Shown: positions 18,091 to 25,643 of the stretch, one piece after another
Position numbering within the stretch: position 1 is the first letter of the stretch
How the letters are laid out: each line of letters starts with the position of its first letter
Origin: an uncultured Candidatus Saccharibacteria bacterium
GTDB lineage: Bacteria > Patescibacteriota > Minisyncoccia > Minisyncoccales > JANBVM01
Direction of reading: 5' to 3'
Assembly: GCA_964548875.1 (NCBI GenBank)
Contig: CAZJSP010000001.1
Coordinates: 1 to 41,725 of the forward strand
DNA: 41,725 bases
Notes under the pieces: generated by a model
The model's database searches: none
What the model was told of the DNA's origin: nothing
What the model saw: the letters and a program-made list of their open reading frames with translations, nothing else
Made by a program: the position numbers and the translations under genes

Positions 18091-18786
18091 TTATTTCTTT
18101 TGGGCTATGATATAAAGATTTTGACGGCTCTTGTCATCACTTTCAACAATCCCCTCTTTAACTACTTTAAAGCCGGCTTTTTTGACTAATTTCCTTAATT
18201 CTTTTTGAGAAAAGAAGTGATAATAGCGATCTACCTTGTCGCCCCAAGGAACAAGGATGTCTCTATAATCTAGCTTTGTCTTTCCTAAAATTTTTAAAAA
18301 TAAATTTTTAATGATAGAAATAATGTGCTCAATTTTATAAAGTTTCCAAACTGTTAAAATCAATAATCCCTTAGGCCTTAAAACTCTTTTAGCCTCGTTT
18401 AAAAATTGCAATCTTAAATCTTTAGATGGAATTTGATGTAAAACAGCTATACTATAAACCTTATCAAAAAAACGATCTTTAAAAGATAAATTTAAAGCAT
18501 TATCTACTCTAAAGTTTTTTTGAGGGTATTTTTTCCTAGCTTCTTTAATTAATTCAACTGAGATATCAGCCCCATAATAATCAGCCAGTTTCTCATCAAA
18601 ATATATTATATTACGACCATTACCACATCCTAAATCTAATACTCTGTCTCCTGCAAACAAATAATCACTAAACAAAAACCTAATTTCATACCAAGGATTA
18701 CTCCTGGTTCTAGAAAAATCTTTTGCAATTAAATCGTAATTACGATTAACTCTGTCTAATAAATATTTTGCGTATTCTTTATCCAT
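18091..18786 (-). CDS. Class I SAM-dependent methyltransferase, Trm9/ALKBH8-MT-like (putative tRNA cm5U34 methyltransferase)
   Basis: 231 aa. Its motifs are FSRTRSNPW, VLDLGCGNGRN (SAM motif I), SIAVLHQIPS, ILVPWG and RYYHFFSQKELRKLVKKAGF. These parallel yeast Trm9 as I recall it (FSQTRYKPW, DVGCGNGKY, SIAVVHH, VFVPW, RYYHLYREGEL..AG). It is divergently adjacent to Elp3. Confidence 0.7.
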   Translation of the reverse strand: MDKEYAKYLLDRVNRNYDLIAKDFSRTRSNPWYEIRFLFSDYLFAGDRVLDLGCGNGRNIIYFDEKLADYYGADISVELIKEARKKYPQKNFRVDNALNLSFKDRFFDKVYSIAVLHQIPSKDLRLQFLNEAKRVLRPKGLLILTVWKLYKIEHIISIIKNLFLKILGKTKLDYRDILVPWGDKVDRYYHFFSQKELRKLVKKAGFKVVKEGIVESDDKSRQNLYIIAQKK

Positions 18787-20368
18787 GAAACATAAAAAAC
18801 AAATAATTCAAAGTCTAATCCAAAGCGAAATTAAAAATTCGCAAGATTTAGATTCTTTTAAGCGAAAAATAGCTAAAAAATATAAAATAAAACTATTTAC
18901 AAACGTTCAGCTACTTAAAGCCTATCATAAACTATTAAACAATAGGGAAATTCAAAAGTCAAGGAAGATAGAAGGCCTTCTAAAAACAAGCCCTGTTCGT
19001 TCTTTATCTGGAATAGTTAATGTTTCAGTCTTAACAAAAGAATATGAATGCCCCGGAAAATGTATTTATTGCCCTAAAGAAGAAGGGCTTCCAAAAAGCT
19101 ATCTATCGGGAGAACCAGCAGTAGAAAGAGCAAAATCTCTAGATTATGATCCTTACAAACAAACAAAAGAAAGAATTATAATGTTAAAAGAACAGGGGCA
19201 TCCAGTCGACAAAATAGATTTAAGAATTATAGGAGAAACATGGTCTCACTACCCAAAAAAATATCAAACTTGGTTTATTAAAGAATGTTTTAATGCTTGC
19301 AATAAAAAGAAAAGCAAAACCTTAAAAGAAGCTCAAAAAAGAAATGAAAAAGCAGAAAACAGAATTGTTGGGCTTTCGATTGAAACAAGGCCTGATTTTA
19401 TTGATAAAAAAGAAATTAAAAGATTAAGAAGATTAGGGGTAACTAAAGTAGAAATAGGAGTTCAAAGCATTAATGATAGAATTCTTCGTTTAAATAAAAG
19501 AGGGCATAAGGTCAAAGCGACTATTCAAGCTACAAAATTATTAAAAGATGCTGGATTTAAGGTCTCCTACCAAATCATGCCTAATTTATTTGGCTCAACC
19601 CCTAAAAAAGATTTAAAACAATTTAAAGAAATATTCCATAACCCTAATTTTCAACCTGATTTTATTAAAATATATCCCTGTGCCCTACTAGAATCAACTC
19701 CTCTGTTTAAATTGTATAAAGAAAAGAAATATAAACCTTATTCTAAAAAAGAGCTAATTGATTTAATTAAAAATATTAAAAAAATAACTCCTTTCTATAT
19801 CAGAATAGTAAGAATTATTAGAGATATCCCTGCCCAACAAATTATAGCTGGTCCAGCTAAAATATCTAACTTAAGACAAATTATTCAAAAAGAAATGGAA
19901 GAAGAAGGTTGGCAATGTCGATGCATCAGATGTAGAGAAGTTAAAGATCAATTTAAAAAAGAAGAAAAACCTTTCTTTTTTAGAGAAGATTATGACTCTT
20001 CAGAAGGAAAAGAGATATTCTTAACTTTCGAAAACAAAACAAGAAGCAAACTTTATAGTATTTTAAGATTAAGGATTCCTTCTTATTCTTTAAAGAAAGA
20101 AAAACATTTTTTAAAAACCTTAAACAATAGTTCTATTATTCGAGAACTGCATACTTATGGACAACTCACTCCAATTTCCAAGAAAGGAAAATCTTCTCAA
20201 CACAAAGGATTAGGTAAAAAGCTCATTAAGAAGGCTGAAAAAATCACTCAAAAAGAATTCCATCTTGATAAAATAGCAATAATATCAGGTATTGGAGTCC
20301 GCCAGTATTATCGCAAAATAGGATATAAATTAGACGACACCTACATGGTTAAAAAAATAACCAAATAA
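18785..20368 (+). CDS. elp3: Elp3-family radical SAM / lysine-acetyltransferase-fold protein (tRNA uridine-34 carboxymethyl synthase homolog)
   Basis: 527 aa. Elp3 hallmarks are present: SPVRSLSGIVNVSVLT, the Fe-S cluster motif CPGKCIYCP, LPKSYLSGEPAVERA, YDPYKQ and GHPVDKIDLRIIGETWS. The C-terminal GNAT/KAT domain carries RELHTYGQ...QHKGLGKKLIKKAE...ISGIGVRQYYRKIGY. Confidence 0.85.
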   Translation: MKHKKQIIQSLIQSEIKNSQDLDSFKRKIAKKYKIKLFTNVQLLKAYHKLLNNREIQKSRKIEGLLKTSPVRSLSGIVNVSVLTKEYECPGKCIYCPKEEGLPKSYLSGEPAVERAKSLDYDPYKQTKERIIMLKEQGHPVDKIDLRIIGETWSHYPKKYQTWFIKECFNACNKKKSKTLKEAQKRNEKAENRIVGLSIETRPDFIDKKEIKRLRRLGVTKVEIGVQSINDRILRLNKRGHKVKATIQATKLLKDAGFKVSYQIMPNLFGSTPKKDLKQFKEIFHNPNFQPDFIKIYPCALLESTPLFKLYKEKKYKPYSKKELIDLIKNIKKITPFYIRIVRIIRDIPAQQIIAGPAKISNLRQIIQKEMEEEGWQCRCIRCREVKDQFKKEEKPFFFREDYDSSEGKEIFLTFENKTRSKLYSILRLRIPSYSLKKEKHFLKTLNNSSIIRELHTYGQLTPISKKGKSSQHKGLGKKLIKKAEKITQKEFHLDKIAIISGIGVRQYYRKIGYKLDDTYMVKKITK

Positions 20369-21174
20369 CCAATAATAGAGAAAAGGGCAATAGGAGGAAG
20401 AGCTGGAATAGCTCTTTTTTCTTTTTGAAGAACAAAAATAAAAAAACTGAATAAAATCCCTAAGAAAGAAAATGTCATTACAAAAAGAGACCCTCTTAAT
20501 CCATAAGGAATTAAAGAACAAATTAACAGAAGAGGAAAGGCTATATCTCCTCCTCCAAAAACAAAGGCCCAACCCTTACTAAAATTGCTTGCTTTTCTTT
20601 TAAAATCATCGAAACGATAAGGAATAATAAACCCTAGAATAGAGCCAGTTTCTATCATCGATTCGGCCATTTTAACCATGTGCTTAGTTTTGTAAACTGC
20701 AATAAAATCATAAACAGAAAACAAAACAAGAAGAAGAAGAACTTGGTAAGGAGTAAAATTAAAAGCAGAAAAGCTTACTACTCCTCCTAGCCCCAACACC
20801 ATACATAAATTATGAATGATGATATTTTTAGTTTTTTTCCAAACTAAAATTAAAAGAGCTATTACTATGAAAGAGTATAAATCAGGCAACCAGAGATTTA
20901 AAACAGAAAACCCCCCTAAAAAAACAGGCAAAATAAATAAAAAATCAAAAACATATCTTTTCTTTTTCCCCTTTTTAAAAAATTTAACTAATAAAAGAAT
21001 TAATACTGTTAAAATCAAAAATTGGACTAAAAAACTCTCAATAGAAATAGGGGCTACTACAGGCCTTTGAGATACCTCTAATCTTTTTAATGTCCCAGTA
21101 ATCCCTATAAAAGCAGTTAAAAAGAATAAAAAAGACTTAAAACAAAAAACCTGAATAATGTTTTTTTTATTCAT
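20341..21174 (-). CDS. Presenilin/signal-peptide-peptidase-like intramembrane aspartyl protease (A22 family, archaeal PSH-like)
   Basis: 277 aa and polytopic. All three family signatures occur in the expected order: YD (LFSVYDFIAVYKTKHMVKMAE), GxGD (FVFGGGDIAFPLLL) and PAL (RAIPALPPIAL). Confidence 0.7.
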   Translation of the reverse strand: MNKKNIIQVFCFKSFLFFLTAFIGITGTLKRLEVSQRPVVAPISIESFLVQFLILTVLILLLVKFFKKGKKKRYVFDFLFILPVFLGGFSVLNLWLPDLYSFIVIALLILVWKKTKNIIIHNLCMVLGLGGVVSFSAFNFTPYQVLLLLVLFSVYDFIAVYKTKHMVKMAESMIETGSILGFIIPYRFDDFKRKASNFSKGWAFVFGGGDIAFPLLLICSLIPYGLRGSLFVMTFSFLGILFSFFIFVLQKEKRAIPALPPIALFSIIGYLVIFLTM

Positions 21175-22114
21175 TGCGAGAAATTCTAATTAGTCCAGAA
21201 CAAGGAATTATTTCAATCCCCTCTCTTTCTAGATCATCTAAAAACAAATTCATGCCTATTGAATCTGAACTCATATGTCCAGCAATTACTACATTTAAAC
21301 AAGAATGTTCAGCTTCTTTTTTATGCTCTTCAGAAATATGCATACCAAGAATAGTACCAATACCAGAAATAGACATTTTCTGATAAAGCTTAGGAGAACC
21401 TTCCGCTCCCCCTGTTATTTCAGTCACGGCTATTTTGCCACAATGGTTTTCTTTGTTCCCGACAAATATTTTAGGACCTGCTCCTAGTTTAGCTGCTGCT
21501 TGATATTCAGGTATTGTATGAAGAAATTTCATTAAATCACCAATTCTATCAAAATCATTTTCTTCTACCTTATTCTTTAAAAAAGAGGCAACTAAATTAT
21601 CGCAAGCTGTATGAAAACAGGCCAAATTAAATCCCAATATTTTGGCTGTATCAACAGTTCTTTGATGATTGTAGGAGTTAATCCCTCTCGCTACTTCAGA
21701 GATTCTTTTTTTCATAAGGCCTTCCGCAATATTAATCGGCACTCCATACTGACTTAAAACTTCGGCTTGTAAATCCATTACTTTGTCTAGATTAGACAAA
21801 GCCTGACCAGAAGGGTGGTGAGCAATAATTAAATCAATGTCGCCTAATTCCTTAGCCAATAAAACTTCAGCCGGACCAATATCAATCCCAGCTAGAACCT
21901 TTTTGACTTCTCTGTTTTTTTCTAAATGAAGAATCCTAGAGTCAAGATAAGGATTAGTCAAAGATTCTTTATCAAAAAAAATCTTTTTTTCTTTGCTCAA
22001 CCTCTTGTATTTTTCTTTTATTCTTTTCATTTCCTTCTTAACTTTTTCTTCTCCTCTTAAATCAGCTTTAATTCCTTTTTTAATGGATAGACTGTAAATG
22101 TCTTTAATTGTCAT
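21167..22114 (-). CDS. NIF3 family (dinuclear metal centre) protein
   Basis: 315 aa with DLIIAHHP (the NIF3 HHP motif) and a C-terminal VIAGHMSSD. It overlaps the downstream presenilin-like gene by 8 nt. Confidence 0.6.
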   Translation of the reverse strand: MTIKDIYSLSIKKGIKADLRGEEKVKKEMKRIKEKYKRLSKEKKIFFDKESLTNPYLDSRILHLEKNREVKKVLAGIDIGPAEVLLAKELGDIDLIIAHHPSGQALSNLDKVMDLQAEVLSQYGVPINIAEGLMKKRISEVARGINSYNHQRTVDTAKILGFNLACFHTACDNLVASFLKNKVEENDFDRIGDLMKFLHTIPEYQAAAKLGAGPKIFVGNKENHCGKIAVTEITGGAEGSPKLYQKMSISGIGTILGMHISEEHKKEAEHSCLNVVIAGHMSSDSIGMNLFLDDLEREGIEIIPCSGLIRISRNE

Positions 22115-22253
22115 CTTTTTTAATTTTAATGTTTTTATCCAAGTAGAGTTTTTGAATTAGTTTTTCTTGTTCTTTTTCATCATCCACTTTTCGACGAATT
22201 TTAGATTTTTGTTTACGAAAATATTTACGTAAAGATTTAGTGATTTTTCTCAT
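22104..22253 (-). CDS. Candidate small basic protein (49 aa), unannotated in the ORF track
   Basis: My own translation is MRKITKSLRKYFRKQKSKIRRKVDDEKEQEKLIQKLYLDKNIKIKKDDN. The ORF fills the otherwise empty 143-nt gap: its ATG is 4 nt after the murE-like stop and its stop overlaps the NIF3 start (ATGACAATTAA). No homolog is recognised. Confidence 0.3.
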   Translation of the reverse strand: MRKITKSLRKYFRKQKSKIRRKVDDEKEQEKLIQKLYLDKNIKIKKDDN

Positions 22254-22257
22254 ATTC

Positions 22258-23526
22258 TTAATTGTTTAATTTATTAAATTCTTCTTTTACAATTTTCCTA
22301 TCATCCCAAGGCTCTTTTCTGTTATTTTTAAAGCAAATAGATGGTTCCGATCCCTTACCGGTAATTACTACTACATCTCCTTTTTTAGCTTCTTGTAATG
22401 CTTGGTAAATAGCTTCTCTTCTATCAATTATTTTTTTTCCTCGAGCCCCTACTCCTTCCAACACTTGGTTAATAATTGTTTCTGGATCTTCATCATAGGG
22501 ATCCTCATTAGTTACAATAATCTTCTGACAATTATTTTTAGCTATTTCCCCCAAAACAGGTCTTTTCCATTTATCCCTTCCTCCTCCACAAGATCCTAAA
22601 ACACAAATTAAGTTATTAGGTTGAAAGTTTTCCTTAATATTATTGTAAACTCTCTCAAGAGCATTGGGAGTAAAAGCATAATCAACTATAACCTGAAAGG
22701 GTTCATTAATAATTACCTCCATTCTCCCTGGTATCCCCTTAACATTTTTTAAGGCTTGAGAGCTTAATTCTAAATTAATGTTTTGAGATAGACCAACACA
22801 AATAGCAGCTAAAGCATTATCAATATTAAAAGATCCTAAAAGAGGAATTTCAAATTCTACTCCTTCTATTGTAAATCTGGATCCTTTCTGATTAGAAACA
22901 ATATTTTGAGCAATAATTTCTTCATCTTTACCAGAATATTTTTTTCCATAATAATATTTCTTATTAGCTGGAAAATCAAAATAATCAATATTTTTGTCTT
23001 CTAAATTTAATATATGAACATTTTTAGTGGCCTTGAATAGTTCTTGTTTGGCTGCACGATAATTTTCAAAACTTCCATGAGATTCAATGTGTTCTGGACT
23101 TAAATTAGTAAAAACAGCAATATTAAAATCTATAAACTTGTGCCTATACTGTTTAATTCCTTCAGAAGTAACCTCAAGAATAACATAGCGACATTGAGCC
23201 TCTAAACATTTCTTAAGAAATTTTTGAAGAGATAGACGGCCTGGCATAGTCATCCTTAAATTATTTTCCCAGGCCTGATCTCCAATCCGAGATTCAATTG
23301 AGGAGAAATAGGCAGTTTTATCTTTTTCTTTTAAAATTTCAAATAACATTCTAATAACCGTAGATTTTCCATTTGTTCCTGTGACCCCAATAATAGTCAT
23401 TTCTTTAGAAGGAAAACCATAAATAAGGGCCCCCATTAAAGGCTGAACAAAATAATAAGCCTCCATTAAAAAAGATGGGATTATTTTTTTAACTATTTTT
23501 TTGAATTGAAATGTCATAAGATCCAT
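22258..23526 (-). CDS. murE: Mur ligase family protein, MurE-like (UDP-MurNAc-tripeptide synthetase)
   Basis: 422 aa. It has the P-loop GVTGTNGKST, DNALAAI, PGRMEV and the MurE-like C-terminal motif VTNEDPYDEDPETII. The N-terminal domain is short. Confidence 0.7.
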   Translation of the reverse strand: MDLMTFQFKKIVKKIIPSFLMEAYYFVQPLMGALIYGFPSKEMTIIGVTGTNGKSTVIRMLFEILKEKDKTAYFSSIESRIGDQAWENNLRMTMPGRLSLQKFLKKCLEAQCRYVILEVTSEGIKQYRHKFIDFNIAVFTNLSPEHIESHGSFENYRAAKQELFKATKNVHILNLEDKNIDYFDFPANKKYYYGKKYSGKDEEIIAQNIVSNQKGSRFTIEGVEFEIPLLGSFNIDNALAAICVGLSQNINLELSSQALKNVKGIPGRMEVIINEPFQVIVDYAFTPNALERVYNNIKENFQPNNLICVLGSCGGGRDKWKRPVLGEIAKNNCQKIIVTNEDPYDEDPETIINQVLEGVGARGKKIIDRREAIYQALQEAKKGDVVVITGKGSEPSICFKNNRKEPWDDRKIVKEEFNKLNN

Positions 23527-23541
23527 TTTAAAATAAATAAC

Positions 23542-23570
23542 TTGATAAATAAAGGAAAATAATTTAAGAT
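23542..23570 (+). promoter_or_regulatory. Candidate promoter of rpsT
   Basis: TTGATA (23542..23547), a 17-nt spacer, then TAAGAT (23565..23570). The ATG lies only 9 nt downstream of the -10 element. Confidence 0.4.
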
Positions 23571-23579
23571 ATTCTTATT

Positions 23580-23843
23580 ATGCCTAATACGAAATCAGCA
23601 AAAAAATCTATTCGTCAAGATAACAGAAGAAGAATTAAAAACCGAAAAAGAAAAGATAGGCTTAAATCTATTCTTAAGGAAGTTTATGCCTTAATCGCAG
23701 AAGGCAAAATAAAAGAAGTGAAAGAAATGATGCCTCAAGTCCAGAAAATAGTAGATAAGTCAGTTAAAACAAAAACAATTAAGGCAAATAAGGCGAAAAG
23801 AATTAAATCAAGAATAGAAAAGGCAATATCTAAATCTCAATAA
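23580..23843 (+). CDS. rpsT: 30S ribosomal protein S20
   Basis: 87 aa with MPNTKSAKKSIRQDNRRRIKNRKRK, which is typical of S20. Confidence 0.9.
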   Translation: MPNTKSAKKSIRQDNRRRIKNRKRKDRLKSILKEVYALIAEGKIKEVKEMMPQVQKIVDKSVKTKTIKANKAKRIKSRIEKAISKSQ

Positions 23844-24765
23844 TAAGGAGATCTATTGCTGTTCGAGGTTCAATTTTTCCCGTCTTAACTCCCGCATCTA
23901 TTTCAAGAATTTTCTGATAGATTTTTTTTAAATCAGAAAAAGTAAATTTATCCGCCAAGGGGCGGCTTTTTTTAATTACAAAAGGATGTAACCCTGAATC
24001 TTGAAAAGGAGAAAGACCTCTTTTCATTAAATCTTTAATAATTAAAAGAACTCTGAATTGATAAGCAATCATTGAAAGAATATAGGGGACCTGGGCCCCC
24101 TCCTCTAAGTGTGATTGAAAAAGTTGCAAGGCTTGTTTTTTATCCTGGTTAGCAATAGCCTCAATGGTTTTAAAAATATTAGTTTCGGTTTTTGGCTTAA
24201 CTAATAAGCGAACATCTTCAACTGTTACCTCCTCCTCTTTTTTAAAATTATTAAGTTTCATAATTTCACTTTCCATCTGCCAAAGATTATCCCCCACAAA
24301 ATTAATTAATTCGTTAATAGCAGAATAAGATATCTTTCCTCCTATTTTATGAAACTGAATTTTAATCCATTTTCTTAAATTATCTTTTTCCAATAATTTA
24401 AATTCTTGAAAATCTTGATTGCTATTTTTTTTCCTTAAAAATTTATAAAAAGCGCTTCTTTTAGAAAAATCATTATTTTGATGAAAAACAAGAATATTGT
24501 CTGTTTTAAGAAAGTTTTTCTTTTTAGACAAGAATTTTTCAGAAAAATCTTTATTATTTAAAACATTTTTTAAAATAATTAGTTTTTTTTCTTTAAACAT
24601 AGAAACTTGTTCAAATCCTGTCTGTAAATCATTAAAATCAAAATTATCTTCCTCGAAGATTTTTAAATCTAAACTCTCCTTATTTTTCTCCTGATATTTG
24701 CTAATTATTGTTTGGAGTTTTTTTTGAGACCTGTATGTATCAGGTCCATAGAAAAAATAAATCAT
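23830..24765 (-). CDS. holA: DNA polymerase III delta subunit
   Basis: 311 aa. It has the N-terminal IYFFYGPDTYRSQKKL and an overall HolA-like layout. The sequence is divergent. Confidence 0.65.
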   Translation of the reverse strand: MIYFFYGPDTYRSQKKLQTIISKYQEKNKESLDLKIFEEDNFDFNDLQTGFEQVSMFKEKKLIILKNVLNNKDFSEKFLSKKKNFLKTDNILVFHQNNDFSKRSAFYKFLRKKNSNQDFQEFKLLEKDNLRKWIKIQFHKIGGKISYSAINELINFVGDNLWQMESEIMKLNNFKKEEEVTVEDVRLLVKPKTETNIFKTIEAIANQDKKQALQLFQSHLEEGAQVPYILSMIAYQFRVLLIIKDLMKRGLSPFQDSGLHPFVIKKSRPLADKFTFSDLKKIYQKILEIDAGVKTGKIEPRTAIDLLIIEI

Positions 24766-24766
24766 T

Positions 24767-25642
24767 TTATGATTGACATTTAGGGCAGAAAAAAGTTGAT
24801 CTGCCCGCTATTTTATCTCTTTTAATTTTTGTTTTACATTTAAAGCACTTTTTTCCGTCTTTCTGATAAACTTTTAAAAATTTTCCAAAAGAACCCCTAG
24901 TTCCATCGCTCTGTCTAAAATCAGAAACACTACTTCCCTTTAACTTAATAGCTTTTTTTAAAATAATTTTCGTGTTCTTGTAAATTTTTTTTAACTCCTT
25001 TTCAGTTAAATCATTTAAGTCTTTAAAGGGGTCGACTTTTGATTCCCAAAGGATTTCACTAGCATAAATATTGCCAATACCAACAATAACTTTTTGATCC
25101 ATAAGAATTTGTTTTATCTTTCCGCCTCTTCTTCGATTTAAGGTTTCTTCAAATTTTTTAAAAGTAAAATCCTCCTTTAAGGGTTCAGGGCCTAAATATT
25201 TTAAACTTTTAGATTTGTAAAGATCCTCTTGGTCCCAAAGTTCAACCTTAGCAAACTTTCTCAAATCAGATAGGGCTAGCTGGTTATCATTATCAAAAAA
25301 AATTAATAAGTGTAAATATTTGTTCCAGGGATCATTAGATAGGGCCCCCTTAACTTCAGACATCCATTTATTGTTTTCTTGTTTCCATTTACCATATAAT
25401 AAGTGTCCGCTAATCTTCTGATGAATTAAAATTGTTTTATTGTTAGATAGGTGGATTAAAATATACTTTCCTCTTCTTTCAATATCTTTTATTTTATTTC
25501 CCTTAATTGTTTTTTTAAACTGATCAAAAGTCGGTTTTTTAATTATTTTTTTAGAGTCAGACCAAACATCCTTAATGGTTAAATTAAGTATTTTTTCTCT
25601 TAGTCCGCGAACAATGGTTTCAACTTCAGGCAATTCAGGCAT
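24767..25642 (-). CDS. mutM: Formamidopyrimidine-DNA glycosylase (Fpg/MutM)
   Basis: I moved the start to the internal ATG at 25642 so that the protein begins MPELPEVETI. Fpg needs Pro2 as its catalytic nucleophile. The new start also removes the overlap with the upstream gene. A C-terminal zinc finger is present (CFKCKTKI...FFCPKCQ). Confidence 0.85.
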   Translation of the reverse strand: MPELPEVETIVRGLREKILNLTIKDVWSDSKKIIKKPTFDQFKKTIKGNKIKDIERRGKYILIHLSNNKTILIHQKISGHLLYGKWKQENNKWMSEVKGALSNDPWNKYLHLLIFFDNDNQLALSDLRKFAKVELWDQEDLYKSKSLKYLGPEPLKEDFTFKKFEETLNRRRGGKIKQILMDQKVIVGIGNIYASEILWESKVDPFKDLNDLTEKELKKIYKNTKIILKKAIKLKGSSVSDFRQSDGTRGSFGKFLKVYQKDGKKCFKCKTKIKRDKIAGRSTFFCPKCQS

Positions 25643-25643
25643 T

